A stretch of DNA of 64,000 nt from Octopus bimaculoides (taxonomy: Eukaryota). Position numbers and translations under genes: made by a program. The notes below the pieces were generated by a model that searched no databases, was not told where the DNA came from, and worked only from the letters and a program-made list of their open reading frames with translations. This document shows, piece after piece, positions 49,959 through 63,064 of the stretch; positions within the stretch are counted from its first letter, which is position 1, and each line of letters begins with the position of its first letter. The stretch is from assembly GCF_001194135.2 (NCBI RefSeq), contig NC_068983.1:88640677-88704676 (forward strand), in the 5' to 3' direction.

Positions 49959-52510
49959 AGAGTCTGTGATAAAATAATTAAGCTTAGATTAGTGCTGCAA
50001 CATGGATTAGTAACCATTATCTTGGCTTATGCCCCTCAGCCAGGGCTACCAGATGAACAGAAAGACTGATTTTATGACACCTTCTTGCAGACTACCTCAT
50101 TAATTAATAGCAGGGACCTCCTCTTTGTGGCTGGCGACTTCAATGGGCATGCTGGACAACATGCAGGGACCTTCCATGGTGTACATGGTGGCTATGGATT
50201 TGGTTCCCTCAATGAGGTGGCAATCAGGCTGCTGGAGTTCTGCAATGCAAATGATCTTATGGTCTGTAATACTAACTTCAGGAAATCTGCCAGTCACCTG
50301 TTCACCTACCAGTCTGGTGGAGACACTAGTGGGATTGACTACATTCTCGCCAGGAAATGGGAAACATGACTACTTATAAATGCCAAAACCTTCCCAGGTG
50401 AAGAATGCACCCCCATAACATAGGTTAGTAGTTAGTGACTTCAGGGTCAGGGTTAAATGGATGCCAAGAAGACCAGCATGAAAAAGAAACTGGAAGCTTA
50501 AGGATCCTGTGAATGGACAGAGATTTAGAGACATATTACTCGAAGCTTTTGACAAAAAAGAGGAGGATATAGCATCACATAATGTGGAAAACAACTGGAG
50601 GTTCCTATGGGACAACCTGTTGAGGGCTGCCAACCAGATCTGTGGATGGTGCAAAGTCCCCTCGCAACCTAAGGTAACGTCGTGGTGGTGGAACAATATA
50701 GTTTTCAGGAACATTAGGGAAAAGAAACAGGCATGGAAGGACTGGAAGAACAGTGGTAGCAGGAAACTGTATCAGATCACCAGAAGGGAAGCTAGGACAC
50801 AGATTTACTTAGCCAGAAGGGAAGCAGATAAAAAACATTTGCCAATGTTCTGCGTCATGAGGATCAAAGTTTTGATGTGTTTCGTGTTGCAAGACAGTGT
50901 GTGAGAGAGAATCATGAAGTCATAGGAGAGAAATGAGTGCAAATGGATGATGGCTCACTTGCATTTAATGAGGCTGCAAAGAGAGAGACTTGGAGACGCC
51001 ACTGTGAAAGGTTGCTAAATGAAGAAAATGAATGGGAGAAAGAGAGTCTGCCGAATGTTGACCCAACAGAGGGACCAGCTATCCGAATTGAGAATACCCA
51101 GGTAGATACAGCAATTAAGGGTATGAAGACAGGAAAGCCCCTGGCCCATCAGGAATCACCGCAGAGATGCTTAAAATATCTGGCAATATAGGCTATAGTC
51201 TAGTCACCTGTATAATCAATCAGGTGATACATGAAGGAGTCATACCCAGTGACTGGTGTAGCAGCACCATAGTGAACTGCTACAAAGGTAAAGGTGATGC
51301 ATTAGATACAAATAATTACAGAGGTATCAAGTTGTTGGATCAGGTGATGAAAGTCACAGAGAGAGTCATAGCCCAACTAATTAGGGAGAGAGTCAGTTTA
51401 GACGAGATGCAGTCTGGGTTTGTGCCAGGGAGAAGCACCACTGATGCTATATTTCTGGTAAGACAGCTGCAGGAGAAATGCCTAGTCAAAGATAAACCTC
51501 CGTATTTGGTTTTCATTGACATGGAGAATGTCTTTGACAGGGTCCCCCGATTCCTTATCTGGTGGTCAATGTGGAAAATAGGGAGAGATGAGTGGTTAGT
51601 GAGAGCTGTACAAGCCATATACAGGGATGCTGTCAGTAAGGTGTGAGTTGGCAATGAGTATAGTGAAGAATTCTGGGTAGGGATCCACCATAGATCAGTC
51701 CTCAGCCCTCTCTTGTTCATCATAGTCCTCCAAGCAATAACAGGAATTTAAGACAGGATGCTCCTGGAAGCTCCTCTATGCTGATGACCTTGCTGTAATA
51801 GACGAGTCACTATCAGAACTAGAGGAGAAGTTTCAGACGTGGAAGCAAGGTCTAGGAATGAAGGGCCTTAGAGTCAACCTAGCAAAAACCAAAGTCTTAG
51901 TAATTAGGAAGGCAGAGAAATCAGAAATCCCTTCAGATAGAAATCCCTGACTGATCTGTAGAAAAGGTGTAGGTAGAAACTCCATAAAATGTACCCAGTG
52001 TAAGCTATGGACACATAAGAGGTGCAGCAATATCAAAGGAAGGCTAACTGGGAAGATAGTTTTTGTGTGTGNNNNNNNNNNAGAAACTCCATAAAATGTA
52101 CCCAGTGTAAGCTATGGACACATAAGAGGTGCAGCAATATCAAAGGAAGGCTAACTGGGAAGATAGTTTTTGTGTGTGGCAGATGCACAGGGGCAATAAA
52201 CACTGAAATGTGCAGAAAGCAGCTTCCATCACATGCCAGGGGGAAAACTACAAGTAGTTGATAGCTTCTGTTACCTAGGTGACCAAGTCAGTAGTGGGGG
52301 TGGATGTTCTGAGAGCGTAAGTGCTAGAATAAGTATAGCCTGAGCAAAGTTCAGAGAGCTTCTACCTCTGCTGGTAACAAAGGGCTTCTCCCTCAGAGTG
52401 AGGGGTAGACTGTATGATTCATGTGTGCGAACTGCCAAGCTACACAGTAGTGAAACATGGGCTGTGACTGCTGAGGACACATGCATAAGCTTGCAAAAAA
52501 TGAAGCTAGT
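49955..52510 (+). mobile_element. RTE LINE (PHD family), EN to RT C-terminus, 3'-truncated
   Basis: AGDFNGHAG, IDYILAR, NYRGIKLLD, FIDMENVFD, LYADD, PHD at about 51950-52190 (partly duplicated across a gap), FCYLGDQV. Confidence 0.9.
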
Positions 52511-53830
52511 ATTACGGATTGGAGCTAGTATTACGATTTCTAACATTGACTCACATCCTATAAATAATCCCACTGAATGTAGAAACCAACAACACTTTAG
52601 AAGACACTATAGATTTTTCAAGTATAGCAATAACGATACGGGGCAGAATAGGAACTATTCTGGGAGGAAACGGGAAATTGTATGGTTGTCCCTCCATGTA
52701 AGAAATCTCCCTAAATTATTTTTTAGCATTATCGATAGGAACTTCCCACCTGGTCATAAATACCATTCCATATTTAATAGATCGTGTCTTAATTTATCCT
52801 CTTCTACCACACCCAATCTTGGATCTATCATCGCAGCAAATAACAGACTTAAACTTAGAAATAATGAAACCAATAGAGATAACCTAGCTGACCCTAACAT
52901 GAAGAACAATAATAAGTACTTGGATATTAAAAATAGTAAGACTAAACCCTGAGACAAAATAAAAACATGTAATTGTCGTAATAGGGAATTTTGTCCCCTT
53001 AAAAGCTTCTGTTTAAGGAGAAATACTGTATATAAAGTCGAAGTCTCAACCCAAAATGAACCTAAAAAGATTTATATAGGTAGTACTGTTGACTTTAAAA
53101 GTAGATGTAGGGCACATATAAACTCGTTCACTAACCACGAAACAAAAAACTCAACTACACTAGCAACCTACATGAATAGATTAAAAATGAACAAAGAATT
53201 CAGTATGACTTGGTCTATGATAAGGGAAGCCACACCATATAATACACACACAAAGAATTGCGATTTATGCACGAAGGAGGTGATCCACATAATCCGAGCC
53301 AACAAATATAGTTTACTTAATAAGATATCTGACGTTATAATTACCTGTAGGCACAAATATCTTTCAGCATTTAAATTTTTCAAAACTAATTAAACTATAG
53401 GAGTCTAATTTAGCCTTGCTTCATATTATGGACTCTTCTAAAACTTTATATTATATATAGCGTCGTAATATACTTTACATTATACATAGTGTTGCAATAC
53501 ATTTTAGCCTTTTAACATCATATGCCTGAAGAGAATGGTCCAATCAAACATTCGATTTTTATTAAATTACTTAACCTACCATTTCTTTTAAAGTTTTAAC
53601 CTTGTGATTCTATTAACTCTGATGAGAGAAATATAGAGCATTGCTATGGTTGGAGTTAGCTTGCCCATATCAACCCATATCTTTTTGAAACGGCTGTAAG
53701 ACTTTACACATAGACTTTATACACACTCCAGATTCCTTAGGAATCATTTTACATCCGCTTTATCATCCTCTTCATTGATTCAAATTCGAACATTCAGACT
53801 TCGCAAGTACATTTATGGACTTAGATTTTT
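52510..53830 (+). mobile_element. Penelope-like element of a third type (CxC linker plus C-terminal GIY-YIG; resembles the Hydra clade) with 3' hammerhead-like motifs
   Basis: RKREIVW...IDRNFPPGHKYHSIFNR; CNCRNREFCPLKSFCL...VYKVEV...IYIGSTVDFKSRCRAH...NSTTLATY...CDLCTKE...LLNK...CRH. A single in-frame TGA at 52950-52952. Confidence 0.85.
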
Positions 53831-54125
53831 ATGTATTTCTATTTATGAATTTTTATAGGTTTGTGAACTTTTAGTTATTTATAAATTTTCGTGTATATGT
53901 ATTTATAAATTCTTATAAATTTTTTATATATCATATAGATGAATGCATCTATGTATGTACTTTGTATACCATGGAGAATTTCGTTAATATGGATTGAATG
54001 AATATATACATCGATCTTTGAATTTGTTTTCTCTCCTCCTTAATTTTATATTCCTGAAGCTCTATCAGAGTGCTATTCGGTTGAGCTGTATAAAGTGGAT
54101 ATCTATATCACTTATTCCTTCATTG

Positions 54126-54127
<2 letters not shown>

Positions 54128-54214
<87 letters not shown>

Positions 54215-54236
54215 CATACATATATATATATATATA
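54128..54236. repeat. (TA)n microsatellite
   Basis: Direct inspection. Confidence 0.97.
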
Positions 54237-54283
54237 CAGCTGGGTGTATAGAATATGAACCAAACCTTGTAAATACTAATTAC

Positions 54284-54414
54284 CTGTATGTTTAAAGTAC
54301 GATCTGACTTCTTACTCAGCTCCTGAAGAGATATTTCTTTACAGCTTTCAGTCTTTGTACTTTTCACCTTGTTCTTTGTCTTTCCAACATTTTGGAAATG
54401 TTTTCCAACATGAT
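54284..54414 (-). CDS. Internal coding exon: (x)[43 protein letters not shown]
   Basis: Strong acceptor ttattctgttttctctttggcacag and donor CAG|gtaatt. 131 nt, phase 1 to phase 0, joining in frame to the 45216 exon. Confidence 0.8.
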
Positions 54415-55289
54415 CTGTGCCAAAGAGAAAACAGAATAACAGGCAATCATGAGAAGTACTTGAACATCATATGAATATTATACACACATATAAACATCAT
54501 AAATTTTCTATGCTGACATGAGTCTGCCATGGAGAATATAACCACTTACAAAGAACCTCTATGATCGTATCTATAACATCTACCATGTCCAGATTTCATT
54601 TTACTATTTCTTTCTGTGTCTTCTTTGATTATCATATGTTGCAGGTACCTTTTACTACCCATTCTTAGTATTCATTCTCCATGTGCACTGTGTGTCCATA
54701 ACAGTGCAGTAGTAGTGTCTTTCTGCATTGATAGATGCCTTTAATCTTTAGCTACCTTCCCAGCTGTCTTATAATGATCCTTTCATACAAGTTAATGTTG
54801 CATATCCAAATGATTATACTTGACCAATTTTTCTTTCTCAACAACTCCTACACAACAAAACCTATTTTTCATTACCACACAGCACCATATTTCTTACACA
54901 TACTCCATACACATATAGATTATATCATATAAAATTTATTATTATCATCATCATCATTTAACATCCTCCTTCCATGCTGACATGGGTTGGATAGTTTAAC
55001 AAGAGCTGGCCAGGCAGGAGTCTACGCCATGTTTCAGTGTCTGTTTTGGCATAGATTTTATGGCTGGATGCCCTTCCTAACACCAACCACTCTGCAGAGA
55101 AAGGATGATGTTTTTTCTTGTTGCTATCTCTTCATGTGCAATAACCAGGAGTCAGTGAAGCTAATTCTGCTGTTCCACTCTCTTGCATTTTTCTATTAAA
55201 ATCATGTTTGTAATATTTTTCTCAACTGTTTAGTCGATGATGGTATGGTATTGCCCACAACTCTTTACCATTTTCAAAGCTTCCAAACA

Positions 55290-55570
55290 AGTGAAAGGAA
55301 GGGTCAAAGTTATTGTCAAACCAGCCATAAATACTTGCAACATACTGAACTCAGAATACAAGGTGACAAATGTTGTAAAGTACCTTATCCAATGCTCTAA
55401 CAATTCTACCAATCTTCTATCACAAAAAGGCACTTTATTTTGTTAACCCTACAAAAAGATGAAAGACAAAGCTGACACCTTGATAAAATTTGAACACAAA
55501 GACAAGTGAGCTGAAATAAACATTCCAAAGCATTTTGTCCTTTTCTTAATGAATCTACCAATTTGCTGTA
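55290..55570 (-). mobile_element. Diverged SINE family A-like copy
   Basis: AAAGATGAAAGACAAAGCTGAC...ATTTGAAC...GCATTTTGTCC on the plus strand. Confidence 0.55.
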
Positions 55571-56059
55571 GATTAAGCCTTTCGTTCTCAACCAGTTCTA
55601 TGTTCCTCTTTGAATGAACTAGAGACTATGGTTGTTACCATAGACAGTACCACAATACACTTAGACAGTTGAACACAACAAAAATCAAGATGAAAAACAA
55701 AAGTGTCTCTATATAGTCACCTTTTCCTATGGTAGCCATATCTATTTCATATCACTCTACCATCTTAAAAATGGAGTACATGTTAAATAATATGTAATGG
55801 CACACTATAACTGACAAATTGACTGGATGCCTTTCATCAAAGATTGCTTGATGAGGTCCAACATGAGGCTAGTCAAGACCAACACACATCAATCTGTACA
55901 ACACTACAGTTACGTACCTACAGTGACCCTATGCTTTGTGGTATCTGCTATCAATCAAGTGAATAAAGCTATAGAGAGCTAAGTGTCTGGTCCACAGATA
56001 TAATACAGCACTGAGTACAGGAATCAAATGCTGTACCTTCTTCTTATTCTTTTTATATT

Positions 56060-56243
56060 TTTACTGGCTTCAATCTATGTATTGCGCCCAAACTGGAGCA
56101 GCACCTTCAAGGATTGATCATACTGAGCCCAGTACTTATTTCAGTCTGGTACTTATCGATTTCTATTTTCAAGTCACCTAGTCATAAAGGGACACAACAT
56201 AAATAACAAAACGGGTTTTAGACTGATGTAAACATAACCAGGG

Positions 56244-56250
<7 letters not shown>
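56060..56250 (-). mobile_element. Diverged SINE family B 3' half
   Basis: TTTTACTGGCTTCA...CTGGAGCAGCACCTTCAAGG...CCCAGTACTTAT...GGTACTTATCGAT. Confidence 0.55.
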
Positions 56251-56287
<37 letters not shown>

Positions 56288-56919
56288 CAGGCTCCTGCTC
56301 AGTTTATGTCAAGCAAATTTCATTCACAAAGTATTGATCAATATGAAATTATGAAATAAGACAGTTGCACAAAGATTGAAACTAGAACTACAAGGCTATG
56401 AAGCCAACGTCTAAACCTGACAGCCATGTCCATAACTGAGGGTCAGAGAAAAAAAAAATTTTGAAGCCAGAGAACTCCCTAAAATGTCAGAAGTTAATTC
56501 TTTTTTGCCAATACAGACCATTGCTAGTTTCCTCACACTCCCTTTGTTCAAAGCCATCTGCAATTCTCTACATCCTTATAATCAATGTTTTTCAAATAAT
56601 TTTTTCATCAATGAAGTCAATCATGAATTATGTCTCCTAACAGCTTGTTAATTTATTTTATTCTAAAAAACTGTTTTTTCCACAATCTTACCCATGACTA
56701 TATGTGGTTTATTGTTGTAAATCTCATACATAAGCACACACACACACACAGTCCCACCCCAAACAAATGAATTAGTCAATATGTCGACCAATCTGAAATA
56801 TCAAAATGTCATGCAACATGGATTCTCTCCTATCATGGGGTTGGACTCTTGGTGAATGTTACTGGTGCAATTTGAAGCCTATATAAACTATGTGATAGCA
56901 GTACTGACACATACACACA

Positions 56920-56922
<3 letters not shown>

Positions 56923-57005
<83 letters not shown>
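56923..57005. repeat. (TA)n microsatellite
   Basis: Direct inspection. Confidence 0.97.
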
Positions 57006-57006
<1 letters not shown>

Positions 57007-57274
57007 TAATGCTATGTAATAATGTATCTCTGATATCATGTGGTTGACTCTTGTTGAATGTTACCAGAGTGTGAGATAGTGTCCATATACACCCTTCTGT
57101 GAGTGTACCCCACCACCACACACACAGAAAATATATCCTGTATTTAAGAGCAACAGAATGTTACTGAGGCAAAATCTGTGGTAAGTGTATACAGACACAA
57201 ATTTCATATGATAACCAGGTTACTGAATATATTTAGTGTGTGGGTGTGTGTGGGTGTGTGTGTGGGTGTAGCTA

Positions 57275-59955
57275 TATCATCATCACCATCATCAATCAAC
57301 GTCCGCTGGCATGGGTTGGATGGTTTGACTGAGTTCTTGAGAGCAAGCAGCTGCACCGGGCTCCAATCTGATCTGACAAAGTTTCTACAGCTGGATGCCC
57401 TTCCTAATGCCAACCACTCTGAGAGTGTAGTGGGCGCTTTTTATGTGCTACCAGCACAGGAACCAGTCAGGCAGGCCTGGCAACGATCACGTTCTGATAG
57501 TGCTTTTTACGTCCCACCGGCACAGGAGCCAGTCAAGGAGTACTGGCATCGGTCACGATTGGTTGGCGTTTTTACATGCCACCGGCATGGGAGCCAGTCA
57601 GGTGGACCTGACATCGACCATGTTCAGATGGTGCTTTTTACGTGCCACCAGCAAGAGAGCCAATCAGGCGGCACCGGCCCCAGCTATGATATTGGTTTTA
57701 CTTGACTCTAGCAGGTCTTCTCAAGCATATCATATCACCCAATGCATCAGGGGTATTCTTAACAGGGCTGGATATTCGTGGCTGCGATTTCACAGCATAT
57801 CTCCAAAGGTCCTGGTCTCCTGTCATTACCTCTGTGAGGCCCAATGTTTGAAGGTTATGCTTCACCTCTTCATCCCATGTCTTCCTGGGTCTACCTCTTC
57901 TACAGGTTCCTTCTACAGTTAGGGAGTGGCACTTCCTCACATAGTTGTCTTCATTCATACGTAACACATGGCCATACCAGCGCAGTCACCTCTCTTGTAC
58001 ACCACATTTGATGCTTCTTATACTCAACTTTTCTCTCAGGGCGCTTATACTATGTCGTGTATGCGCACTGCCATTACACATCCAGCAGATCACACTAGCT
58101 TCATTTCTTTCAAGCCTATGCATGTCTTCAGCATTCATGGCCCATGTTTCACTGCTGTGTAGCATAGTAGTTCACACACATACATCATACAGTCTACCTT
58201 TCACCCTGAGCGAGAGGCCCTTAGTTGCCAACAGAGGTAGGAGCTCCCTGAACTTTGCCCAGGCTATTCTTACTCTAGTTGCTATACTCTCAGAGCAACC
58301 ACTCCCACTACAGACTTGGTTGCCTAGGTAGCAGAAGCTATCAACTACTTCTAGTTTCTTCTCCTGGCATGTGATGGAATCTCCAGTGTTTATTGCCCCA
58401 GTGCATCTGCCACACACAGAAGCTATTTTCCCAGTTAACCTTCCTTTGATATTGCTGCACCTTTTATGTGTCCATAGCTCACACCGGGTACATCGTATGG
58501 AGTTTCTACCCACGCCTTTTCTACAGACCGAGCAGGGCCATCTACCTGAAGGGGGTTGTGATTTGACCGCCTTCTTACTTACTAAGACTTTGGCTTTGGC
58601 TAGATTAACCCTAAGGCCCTTCGATTCTAGACCTTACTTCCACACCCTAAACTTTGTCTCCAATTCTGGCAGTGACTCGGCTATTAGAGCAAGGTCATCA
58701 GCATTAGAGGGGCTCCCAGGTGCAGCCTGTCTTGAATTCCTCTGTTATTGCCTGGAGGACTATAATGAATAAGAGGGGGTTGAGGACTGATCCTTGGTGA
58801 ACCCCTACTTCTACTTGGAATTCTTCACTATACTCATTGCCAACCCTCACTTTACTGACAGCATCCTTGTACAGGGCTTGTACAGCTCTTACCAGCCACT
58901 CATCTTTCCCCAGTTTCCGCATTGACCACCAGATAAGGGATCAAGGGACCCTGTCAAAAGCTTTCTTCAAGTCAACAAAAGCCAAGTACAAAGGTTTGTC
59001 TTTGGGTAGGTATTTCTCCTGCAGTTGCCTTACCAGAAATATAGCATCAGTGGTGCTTCTGCCTGGCACAAAACCGAACTCATTTCATCTAGGCTAACTA
59101 ACTAGTTGGGCTATAACCCTCTTTGTAACTTTCATCACCTGATCTAATAATTTGATACCTCTGTAGTTATTTCTATCTAAAGCATCACCTTTCCCCTTGT
59201 AGCACTTGACAATGATGCTGCTATACCAGTCATTGGGTATGACTCCTTCATAAACTATCTGATTTATGATGTGGGTGACAAGACCATAACCCACACTGCC
59301 TGATATTTTAAGCATCTCTGCAGTGATTCTTGATGGCCCAGGTGCTTTCCCTGTCTTCATATCCTTAATAGCTTGATCTACCTGGGTACTGTCGATTCGG
59401 ATAGCTGGTCCCTCAATTGGCTCAACCTTTGGCAGACTCTCCTCTTCCCATTCATTCTCCACATTCAGCAGTCTTTCATAATGGCTTCTCCAAGCCTTTT
59501 TCTTTGCAGAATCATTAAATGCAAGGGCACCATCATCCATGCGGACACATTTCTCTTCTATGACATCACAGTTTTCTCTCACAAACTGTCTTGCAATCAG
59601 AAATACTTCAGTTCTCTGGTCCTCACATCGCTGAACATTGGCAAACTTCTTTTCTGCTACTCCCTTGGCTATATATTCCTGTCGCTTAGCTTCCCTTTTG
59701 GCTATCTGATACATTCTCCTGCTACCCTCACTTTTCCAGGCATTCTAAGCTTGTTTCTTTGCTCTAATGGCCCTGTCTACAGTTTTGTTCCACCACCATG
59801 TTACCCTAGGTGTGGAAATGACTTTGCACCAGCCACAGATTTGGTCTGTGGCACCCAGCAAGCTGTCTCGCAGGAAATCCCAGCTGCCTTCTATGTCACA
59901 GGACTGTAGCTCCTCCTTCCTATCATCAAATTTCTTGGTAAGGATATCCCTAAAT
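57275..59955 (-). mobile_element. 5'-truncated RTE LINE (PHD family); best-preserved copy in the window
   Basis: GKAPGPSRIT, NYRGIKLLD, GVHQGSVLNPLLF, an intact PHD at 58540-58403, DSFCYLG, RGRPRKTW, and a 3' UTR array at about 57430-57690. Confidence 0.92.
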
Positions 59956-60197
59956 ATATGTATGAGCGTATGTATTTATGCATGAGTGTGTGAATATGTG
60001 CTTGTGACTTAAGCTAGATATAATTTAGGTAGTAGACAACCTTTTGAAGTGTAAAATAGGCACATATACATTCATGGGTGGAGAGACACATATATTTCAT
60101 CAATTAATGGATGTTTCAGAAAATAATGACAATATAGGCTGTTGCTAAATCATGTTTTTGAAATGTGTGCATAGATACAGCCTCTCTCTCTGTGTCG

Positions 60198-60253
<56 letters not shown>

Positions 60254-61081
60254 GACATACAAATGAATATATGATACAAAAGAACACATGCACATACACA
60301 CTTTGACCACCATCAAAATGCATAGATATACAGATCCAACATCATCATTATCATTTAATTTCTCAAGCCAACAGTTTTAGGAAATTTAGATATTTTACAC
60401 ACTATAAGATTGTATAACTGCTTGGTTAAGATAGTTAACAGCTCTAACTTGCAATGTCTTGATGTTACATTTAAAACAAAAAAAAAAGGCTTAACTACAG
60501 TTAAATGACCAAGAAAAGTAGCAATATGGTGTATGATAGACCAGTCTGACCCTAGCAAGCAAAGAACATCAGATGCTAAGAGAAGGGTGATAATGACGAC
60601 AACAACAACATGATGGTGGTGGAGAAAGTGACAGTTCAAGAATATGACTTTAGAACACCCAATGACAGTCTCCAGCAAAGATTTAATAATGATTACTGTT
60701 GTTGCTATTTAATCCTCAAAACAGCTTTGACTGAACAGATCAATGATCAAAGGCACTCCAGCTGTGATTAATTCTCCCTTTTATATTAGAGACCAGACTG
60801 GTTACTAACTCTTTTCATTTCTTAAAAATAGTAGGGTTAATTTGAGAGAGATTTAACTTGTAGATCAAGCATCTTTGTAAAGGCACCTTTATTGACTTAT
60901 TTAATAATAGTTTTTAAGATAAGCAAAAAGCAATACTTGACTGGTTGGTACCTATTTTATAAAACCCTGAAAGATAAGTCAAGCTGGGAATTTAATGCGA
61001 CACAGTGAAATACTGAAGGCTGATCTCAAGACACTGAACCTACCTCCCGGCCTCTCCTCATAATTACTACTGTGCATTTTA

Positions 61082-62246
61082 CAAGGATGGGCTGACTATG
61101 AAGGAGTGATGCTAGAGCAGTGAAATCTTGCTTGAATTAATTTCAACACCTCTTATTAATAACTGCATTGTTTCTTTCCAGGTAGACTGACATTTCACTG
61201 ATCAAAGAAGCCTTCAAAAGTAACTAGTAGTGACTTCTCTTGAAAGTGGACAAAATTTAGCATCGTGGTGTTATCAAGTACCTGCAAGAAAAGGGTTTAG
61301 CCCCACCAAAGGCATTCATACTGACATGATTACTACATTAGGGAATAACACTTCAACTTTATCAACAGTGCAAAAGTGGGCAACTGAATTTAGGAGAGGA
61401 AGGGAGAGTCTTGAAGATGACCAAAGGTCTGGATGTCATGCACCTACCACCACTGAGGAAAATATTGATCATGTTCACCACATGGTAATGAATGACAAGT
61501 GATTGACTATAAATCAAATAGGCAATGCTATTAACATATCCTGTGAGCGAGTTGAGAATATTCTGCACAATGAGCTTGACATGATGAAGGTTTCTACTCG
61601 GTGGGTGCAACATCTGACACCTAGTCAAATGTGCACCAGGCTGATCACATCATGGGAAAATCTGACACTGTTTGAAGCAGATCTAGCTAGCTTCTTTGAA
61701 TGTAACCCAGGATGAGTGTTGGTTTCATTACTTTGAGCAGAGACAGAGACAATGCATGCAGTGAAAACACCACTTTTCACACTGCTCCAAAGAAGGTGAA
61801 GGTCATTTCATCTGCAGGGAAGGTGGTGGCCTCAGTTTTTTCATTATGGAAAAGGCATTGTGTTTACTGACTATCTTCAAAAGAGATGCCAACTTGCTGA
61901 GGCAATTAAAAAAGGCTATCAAGACCAAATGCCCAGAGAGGAGCCTTGTTTCATCAGGACAATGCTCCAGCATACAAATCCTTGCTTTCAATGGCTCTTG
62001 TGTGTGACTGTGGCTTCGAACTGGTTGATCACCCTCCCTATTCTCTTGATTTGGCTCCATCTGACTATCATTTGTTCTTCAACATGAAAAAACATTTGGC
62101 TCGGAACCAGTATTGTAGTGTTGATGATGTCATATCTGCTGTCAATGATATCAATGAGAAAAGTGTGTGAACTGCAAGGGAGTCACATTTAGTCACATTC
62201 CATAACAGTATCTTGGTTAGCCATTGAATGTTTCAGCCAACCCTTA
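61082..62246 (+). mobile_element. Mariner (DD34D) DNA transposon, inactivated
   Basis: Degenerate TIRs CAAGGATGGGCTGA / TCAGCCAACCCTTA with a TA on each side. VQKWATEFRRGRESLEDDQRSG, RWVQHL, HQDNAPAY...HPPYSLDLAPSDYHLF (34 aa between the two D residues). Confidence 0.9.
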
Positions 62247-62254
62247 TATTTACT

Positions 62255-63055
62255 CCAAACTACATTCCAACATCTTTGCCGAATACTTTTACTGTTTGGA
62301 TCAGATAGTCTAGATCTGCTTCATTTTTTTGTATACAACTTGAAGTCATCCACATAAAGTAGGTGATTTATTCTCATTTTGGATTTGGTAAACTCATAGG
62401 CAGGCTTGGATTTTCTTAGTATAGATATATATATATATAAATTAGTACAATGATGAATATTAACAGGGAGAGTGAGTCTCCTTGAAAAATGCCCCTGCAT
62501 ATTTTCATGTTACCTATCAATTCATTTGCACATGTCAGTTTCACTTCCCATACTCTCATTGCTTTCTCCAAAAAGTTGTTTATCTTCTCATTGCCATAAG
62601 CCTTTCTGTAATCTATCCATCCAACAGCTAAATTCTTCTTCTTTACTCTCACACCCCATTTGATATTCTACTAGCTATATATAGCAGATTAGCAGTTTCT
62701 CCTTGATTTCATCTTACATCCTTTTTGTTCCTCTGGAAATAGATTCTCCTTTTCCAGAAAATTATATACTTCATCTGCTATGAGGCCAGTTGATAGTTTC
62801 CAGAGTAATGGTAAGCAAATAACAGGTCTATAATTGCTGACTTCCCCTCTCTTTTCTTTGTCCTTCTGTATCAGCACTCTGCTTCCTTTTGTCATCCATC
62901 TTGGTGTTCCATTTTCTATGTAGTCAATAAAAAAAATGATAGTATATAACTGTATATTTGGGAGATTCTTCAGCCAGAAACCCTGGACACCATCTGGTCC
63001 AGGGGCTTTCCAGACTGGTATTTTCTTAATCATCTCTATTACTTCCTTATCCATG
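62255..63055 (-). mobile_element. R4/Dong-like RT N-terminal fragment
   Basis: WKAPGPDGVQGFWLK, SNYRPVICLPLLWKL, EEQKGCK, WIDYRKAY, GIFQGDSLS. Confidence 0.85.
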
Positions 63056-63064
63056 ATTGTTAAT

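Noticed and set aside
52950-52952. In-frame TGA in the Penelope ORF read as selenocysteine (reported for some Naiad PLEs)
   Set aside because: It is a single TGA in a non-Cys context (KP*DK), no SECIS was recognised, and the domain order is C-terminal EN. CGA-to-TGA decay is simpler and common in this window.
55918-55944. 27-nt minus-strand micro-exon (DTTKHRVTV) phase-compatible with the 54414 exon
   Set aside because: The acceptor is weak and purine-interrupted, and such a match is expected by chance.
56831-57069. ~35-bp imperfect direct repeat flanking (TA)n; a similar ~65-bp repeat at 1990-2050/2209-2270
   Set aside because: Short, diverged local duplications with no coding or TE signature.
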